A DNA stretch of 64,000 bases, from contig NC_047018.1 in assembly GCF_902652985.1 (NCBI RefSeq), forward strand, positions 16,492,001-16,556,000, written 5' to 3'. Of this stretch, positions 58,681 through 64,000 are shown piece after piece. Source of the stretch: Pecten maximus. Its lineage: Eukaryota. How positions within the stretch are numbered: position 1 is the stretch's first letter; each line of letters starts with the position of its first letter. The notes beneath the pieces are model-generated. The model ran no database searches and was not told where the DNA came from. It saw only the letters and a program-made list of their open reading frames with translations. The position numbers and the translations under genes are program-made.

Positions 58681-60160
58681 ATCATACAGCGGTTTCATCC
58701 CTCTACGATTCATCCGTGATGTCGGTGACACCGTACAGCGGTTACGTCCTTCTACGATTCGTCAGTGATGTCGGTGACACCATACAGCGGTTACGTCCTT
58801 CTACGATTCGTCAGTGATGTCTGTGACACCACATAGCTATTTTGTCCTTCTACGATTCATCAGTGACACCACACAGCTGTTTCATCCCTCTACGATCGTC
58901 AGTGATGTCTGTGACACCATACAACTATTTTGTCCTTCTACGATTCATCAGTGATGTCTGTGACACCACATAGCTATTTTGTCCTTCTACGATCATCAGT
59001 GACACCACACAGCTGTTTCATCCCTCTACGATTCATCAGTGATGTCTGTGACACCATACAACTATTTTGTCCTTCTACGATTCATCAGTGATGTCTGTGA
59101 CACCACACAGCTATTTAGTCCCTCTAGAACTCGTCAGTGATGCTAGAGGGACATCATCAAGTTAGGGGGAAACCACAAACCTTTTGAGGTATAGCTTTGT
59201 TACTTAAAATAGCCAAAATCCAATCTTTTTTTAAAATTTGTTTCGTCCAAGTCGCATATATTTAGTCACGAAAAATCATAAAAATGCAAAATAAAATTCA
59301 TTTGCACGTTGGAAAGTAAGAAAAATTAATGCAATGCTTCCGACGTAGCATCAAGTTTATAAGTAGCTAACGCTTTCAGTAAGCGTCTTTAGTAAAATAT
59401 TATTTACCTTATGAATTAAATCGCCTTTTAAATAATTTATTACAAATTTTACTGTCTAAGCGATTTTTGCTATTTTTAGTTCCAAATCTATACTTCAACT
59501 GTCGTGTGATAGGCGAGTTTACGTTTTAAGTTGGTGGTTTTTACACAAATTGATCATACAGCTGATGTTAGGGACATCATACAGCTGCTTCGCCCTCCAA
59601 GGACTCGTCAGTGACGCCAGGCACATCAAACAGCTGCTTCGCCCTCCTATGACTAGTCAGTGACATCAGGCACATCATACATCTGCTTCGTCCTTCTAGG
59701 ACTCGTCACTGATGTCAGGGACACCATACAGCTGCTTTATCCTTCTAGGACTCGCCACTGATGTCAGGGACACCATACAGCTTTGTCGTCCTTCTAGGAC
59801 TCGCCACAGATGTCAGGGACACCATACAGTTGTTTCATCCTTCTAGGACTCGTTACTGATGTCAGGGACACCATACAGCTGTTTTGTCCTTCTAGGACTC
59901 GTCACTGATGTCAGGGATCTACCATACAGCTGCTTTATACTTCTAAGACTCGTCACTGATGTCAGGGACACCATACAGCTGTGTCGTCCTTCTAGGACTC
60001 GCCACAGATGTCAGGGACACCATACAGCTGTGTCGTCCTTCTAGGACTTGTCAGTGATGTCAGGGACACCATACAGTTGTTTTGTCCTTCTAGGACTCGC
60101 CACTGATGTCAGGGACACCATACAGCTGTGCCGTCCTTCTAGGACTCGTCATTGACGCAT
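58681..60160 (-). ncRNA. Tandem array of ~22 49-nt minimal (type I-like) hammerhead ribozyme units, individually degenerate, split by a MITE
   Basis: Minus-strand consensus GACAUCA-CUGAYGA-GUCC-UAGAA-GGAC-GAAA-C-AGCU-GUA^UGGUGUC-ccu, i.e. helix I (7 bp), core box, helix II, GAAA, palindromic helix III, NUH site. Best copies 59001-59046 and 59573-59618. Confidence 0.85.
59158..59552. mobile_element. 395-bp MITE inserted in the hammerhead array
   Basis: CAA...TTG ends with long imperfect TIRs (aaaccac...gtatag...aaaatagc.aaaatc on both ends); 5-bp TSD ATCAT at 59153-59157 and 59553-59557. Confidence 0.8.
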
Positions 60161-61992
60161 GCTAGGGGTCGAAAAATGTAAATAAAATTCCAGATGGAAG
60201 TCAGTGAAATAAAAATGTACCTGAACGCTGGTGCCAATATTCATAGGTATTTCATCGCGCAATGTTAACCTCGGGGACAGTACCGGGAGGTAAGATTGCA
60301 TTGACAACACTCTCATAGAATTTTAAAACTGCAATGCGAATCAACTCGAATCCTCAGCTCACCAGAGATGAGAATGAGTTCGGTCGTTACCTATATACCT
60401 ACAATGTAAGTTGATCTGTAATATTCGCGTGAGTTCAATTTTAAAAACATAACAGGATTTAAACATTCCAAGACCACATTTCTCTTCTTCATGGGGCAGC
60501 ATCAATCAATGTGAGAGTTTCTATGAACCTTGAATTGATCAAAATGCAATCATTAGAGAGCCATTCCTCATGCTACATTACGTCTCGGATACTTGATATA
60601 TCGGTCTTAAACTGGCAAGCACATAGACAATATGTTTTATCGGTATATTTCCGAATGAGTACAATAGCTTCTAACGTCCTTCGTCTAACTTGTCTGTATG
60701 TCGATTTGACGACTTGTACTGGTCTGTATGTCGATTTGATACGGAAGCGTATAGGGGACACGACATACTTATTTATAATACATTATGTATAGTTATCATA
60801 TCCCGTTTTACACACATATTTACTGTTATCTTGAGATAGAGATGTCGACATAACATACTTTATCTTCACATTTTACAGTTAAATAATCTAACTTATACAT
60901 ATAAAGTCATCTATCTAGAGTAAACATATGTCGATATACATAATGTCATTATAAGTCCTTATAACACTATCTTGAATTATCCATATACTTAGTTATTTCA
61001 ATATCTAATTTGTTGTATTAGAGCCTTGTACTTTCACATTTTAACTTAATGTTTGTGGGTTTTTTTTATAGTTTTTTTCATATCTCAAAATACTATAACT
61101 CGTGTTTGCGAAATATATCTTTCCATCCCAAGAAAAAAAACCGGTAAGAATAAGGTATAACATTTGAACACGATTTATATTATCTCGAATTCTAAGTTTG
61201 AAAGTTCGTGTTCGACGTAGGTGTTGTTGAGATATTAACTTATACCCGGCTACATTTAGGTAAACTTCTCGACTTGGCAAGTTAAATCTTAATTGCTTAA
61301 TTGTCGTAAAACGATTTGTCTGGTTATTACAATATCTCATAATGATGTATTTCGATTTAGTACTGTTAATGTTTTCCTCTACAAAAGCACAATAAAATTA
61401 ATAATATACAAGGGCATTTGCATTGCGTTTGAAGAAGGGAGAGCTGCTACTATTGAGTGTGGACGTACAACAATAATTTTGGAATATGCTGCCACTGAAG
61501 CAGGTAAATATAATAAGCAATAATTATCATATTTTTTAAATTATCACGGCACATGATTCTGCCTTGGATAACCTCTGAACAATCTTAGAAGTTAGAGGAC
61601 CAAATTGAGACTAAACAACAGAGTTGCTGAATCATATACCGGTTTGGCCTCTTAGTTAATGGGTGAAAATGAAAAGTCGGCTAAAATAGATGGTATCATA
61701 CAAAAGACCGGCTGACTCAAGGGCAAATCTAAGACTGGGGAAAAAAGGATTTTAATGGCCGAGAGCGAAAATAACAGGGGGCGAAATTTCCTTCAATTGC
61801 ATTAAATTTATTTGTATAATCGAGAACTGCTAATGAATTATTTTCCGTAATGCATATCCAATGCATAGACATTGGTATCAATTTTAATTATTCTAAATAA
61901 AGAAAACTTACTGGAATGTTATTATAAATAATAAGAACAATAAGTGTCTTTTACCGAGATTTTGAAGTTTTCAAGAAGATCTATTGCGAAAC

Positions 61993-63280
61993 ATGTTTAC
62001 ACCAATTGTTATTTGAGATATTATTGTGGTCATTTTGTATTTTACAGATTGTACTGATGTTGTCAATATTCCTTGTGGTGGCAGTAAACGGCTCAGATGA
62101 CCCTGACATATTCATAAATGATGATTCAACTCTGGACGAAATGGTCACGTTTTACTTCAATGATGGTTATACGTATAATGAAATCATTGGATTTCTTTTG
62201 ATCCATTATGATGTTGTTTTGAGTTGACGGCAGCTGAAAAGAATACTTCGTAGACAACGACTGCGTCGTTATAACGCAGGAGCCCCGGCTCGAGATGTTA
62301 TACGGGGAATCCGAATACTCCGGGATGCAGGTCTAATTGACGTCGGGTACAGAACGGTATGGAAACTGCTGAATACTAGGTGTGGATTGCGTTGCACAGT
62401 TAATGACTCGACATGCACTACGACTAATTGACAATGAAGGCGTAAATAATCGCAGAAGTCACAGACTACGGAGACGGTTATACTACAATAAGGGACCGAA
62501 TTTCCTGATGCACATCGATGGATTCGATAAGCTTAAACCTTACGGTATTGCGATACATGGTTCAATCGACGAATTGTTTGGTTGAAAGCTGGTTTCACCA
62601 ACAACAACCCACGATATGTTGCACGATTTTATATAGATGAGGTTTTACGAACCATGACTGTTCCTAGATGTATTCGTTCTGATAACGGTACAGAAAATGT
62701 AACAATCGAAGACTTGCATAAAACTCTGCGATCACGTCATCCGGATGCAGTAGCAGGCCAGCCCGTATTTCTGAAAGGACGTTCCACAGCCATTCAAAGG
62801 ATCGAAAAGTTTTGGGGTTTGCTTAACAGACATGTAATACAGTTTTAGAAGTCACTTTTCAAAGACCTGAGGGATTCTGGGATACTGCAAGATACAGACC
62901 CTATTCATATTGAGTGCGTAAGATTCTGTTTTATTGACGCAATACAGAGACAACTAGATGTGTTTAGATACATGTGGAACAGGCACCGCATACGACGACA
63001 GCATTTAAGTGACTGTTACTGTGGAATACCAAATGTACTGTATTTCCAACCAGAATTATGTGGTACAATTAACTATTCTCTCCCTGTTCCCTTTGAACAA
63101 CAAGACGTGGAACGTGTTGCTGATATTTATACCGTCCCATTTCCAAAGTTTGACTGCAATGACGATTTTCTGCAAATTGTGGAATTACTTTCAGATACAA
63201 ATCGCGACGAGCTTGTGCAACCAAGGACGGCCAATGAAGCAATAAGAATGTTTACAGCTTTACTAGACGTTTTGAAGTAA
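61993..63280 (+). pseudogene. Decayed DDE transposase / integrase-core gene (IS3EU / IS481-like eukaryotic DNA transposon)
   Basis: Fragments across frames give an HTH-like region (FYFNDGYTYNEII...LS*RQLKRIL...GYRTVW), RRLYYNKGPNFLMHIDGFDKLKPYGIAIHGSID (D1), PRCIRSDNGTEN (D2), GRSTAIQRIEKFW (E), then WNRHRIR...PNVLY. In-frame stops at 62225-62227 and 62846-62848, frameshifts near 62395 and 62575. Superfamily assignment is from motif recognition. Confidence 0.82.
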
Positions 63281-64000
63281 TGTTGTCTCCCAAAGTCTAG
63301 ACTAATGAAACTGTGGTAACGAGTGACTATTTATACATACTAGTAGACGAATAAGTACAATGTCGCGATACTTTTTAGTACTACAGAGTGATTACTTGTA
63401 TACATTGTGTATATTGCATTAAAATGAAATAAAATAAAGTCTGTTTCAAATGCGGTGTTGTTTTTAACATTGTGCTTTGACCATTCTGCTGAAAATATCT
63501 TTGTTAACGCCTGATTTGAAAATCTTAACAGTAGGTACAAATGTACTGCCTAATTTCACCTTTGGTTAATAATATAGAAACGAATATTTCAATAACATTG
63601 TACATCAATGTTCGTCGCCGCTATTGACTGATCTGACGCCGCATGTGAGCAAGATATTTGGCTTATCGACCTAAATTATCCTTTAAATAATCACTGAGAA
63701 AAATGAATTTAAAGAAAACCGCAAATCTTTATTATAATTATCATATTATAACGACAATAAAACACACACACTTTGTCCAAAAATCACCCTGATGAAATCA
63801 TTACGTTTTCTAAAAATTCATCATTGTTGCATTGTACATATCTTATAGCCGATATGCTGATGTGAATGGATACTTTTGAAGCAGAGCCCATGCACAGGGT
63901 AATAAACTGCTCAAGATGGTTAATGTTAAAAAACAATGATATGGTTAGATCATACATATTTTTTCAATATATCATTAAAGATAAAAAATACCACACTAAA

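Noticed and set aside
62006-63280. Four separate small genes in the ORF track
   Set aside because: They are consecutive fragments of one disrupted transposase reading frame.

Overview
AT-rich, intron-rich animal genomic DNA; the repeat families point to a bivalve mollusc, possibly a scallop (inference). Two conserved genes lie head-to-head around a short shared promoter region (~30.96-31.34 kb). Rab23 is on the minus strand (7 coding exons, 15926->1930, C-terminal CVIL). USP14 is on the plus strand (17 coding exons, 31343-51409, 495 aa, one GC-AG intron). Their introns and UTRs carry many minisatellites, several built from splice-site sequence, including ~50 tandem copies of a Rab23 exon end plus its 5' splice site. 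USP14 intron 6 holds a compound Helentron-associated (HINE-type) satellite-carrying element nested in a TIR element. Downstream of USP14 are two SINEs, several MITEs and a decayed DDE transposase. The most striking signal is a ~22-unit, 49-bp tandem array at 58681-60160. On the minus strand its consensus is exactly one minimal hammerhead ribozyme with no other sequence. The array is split by a MITE inserted at the predicted cleavage site. No single copy has a fully canonical core, so activity is unproven. Apart from the Rab23 last exon (inside the 1930..3195 ORF) and the transposase fragments, the ORF-track entries are repeat artefacts or chance ORFs.
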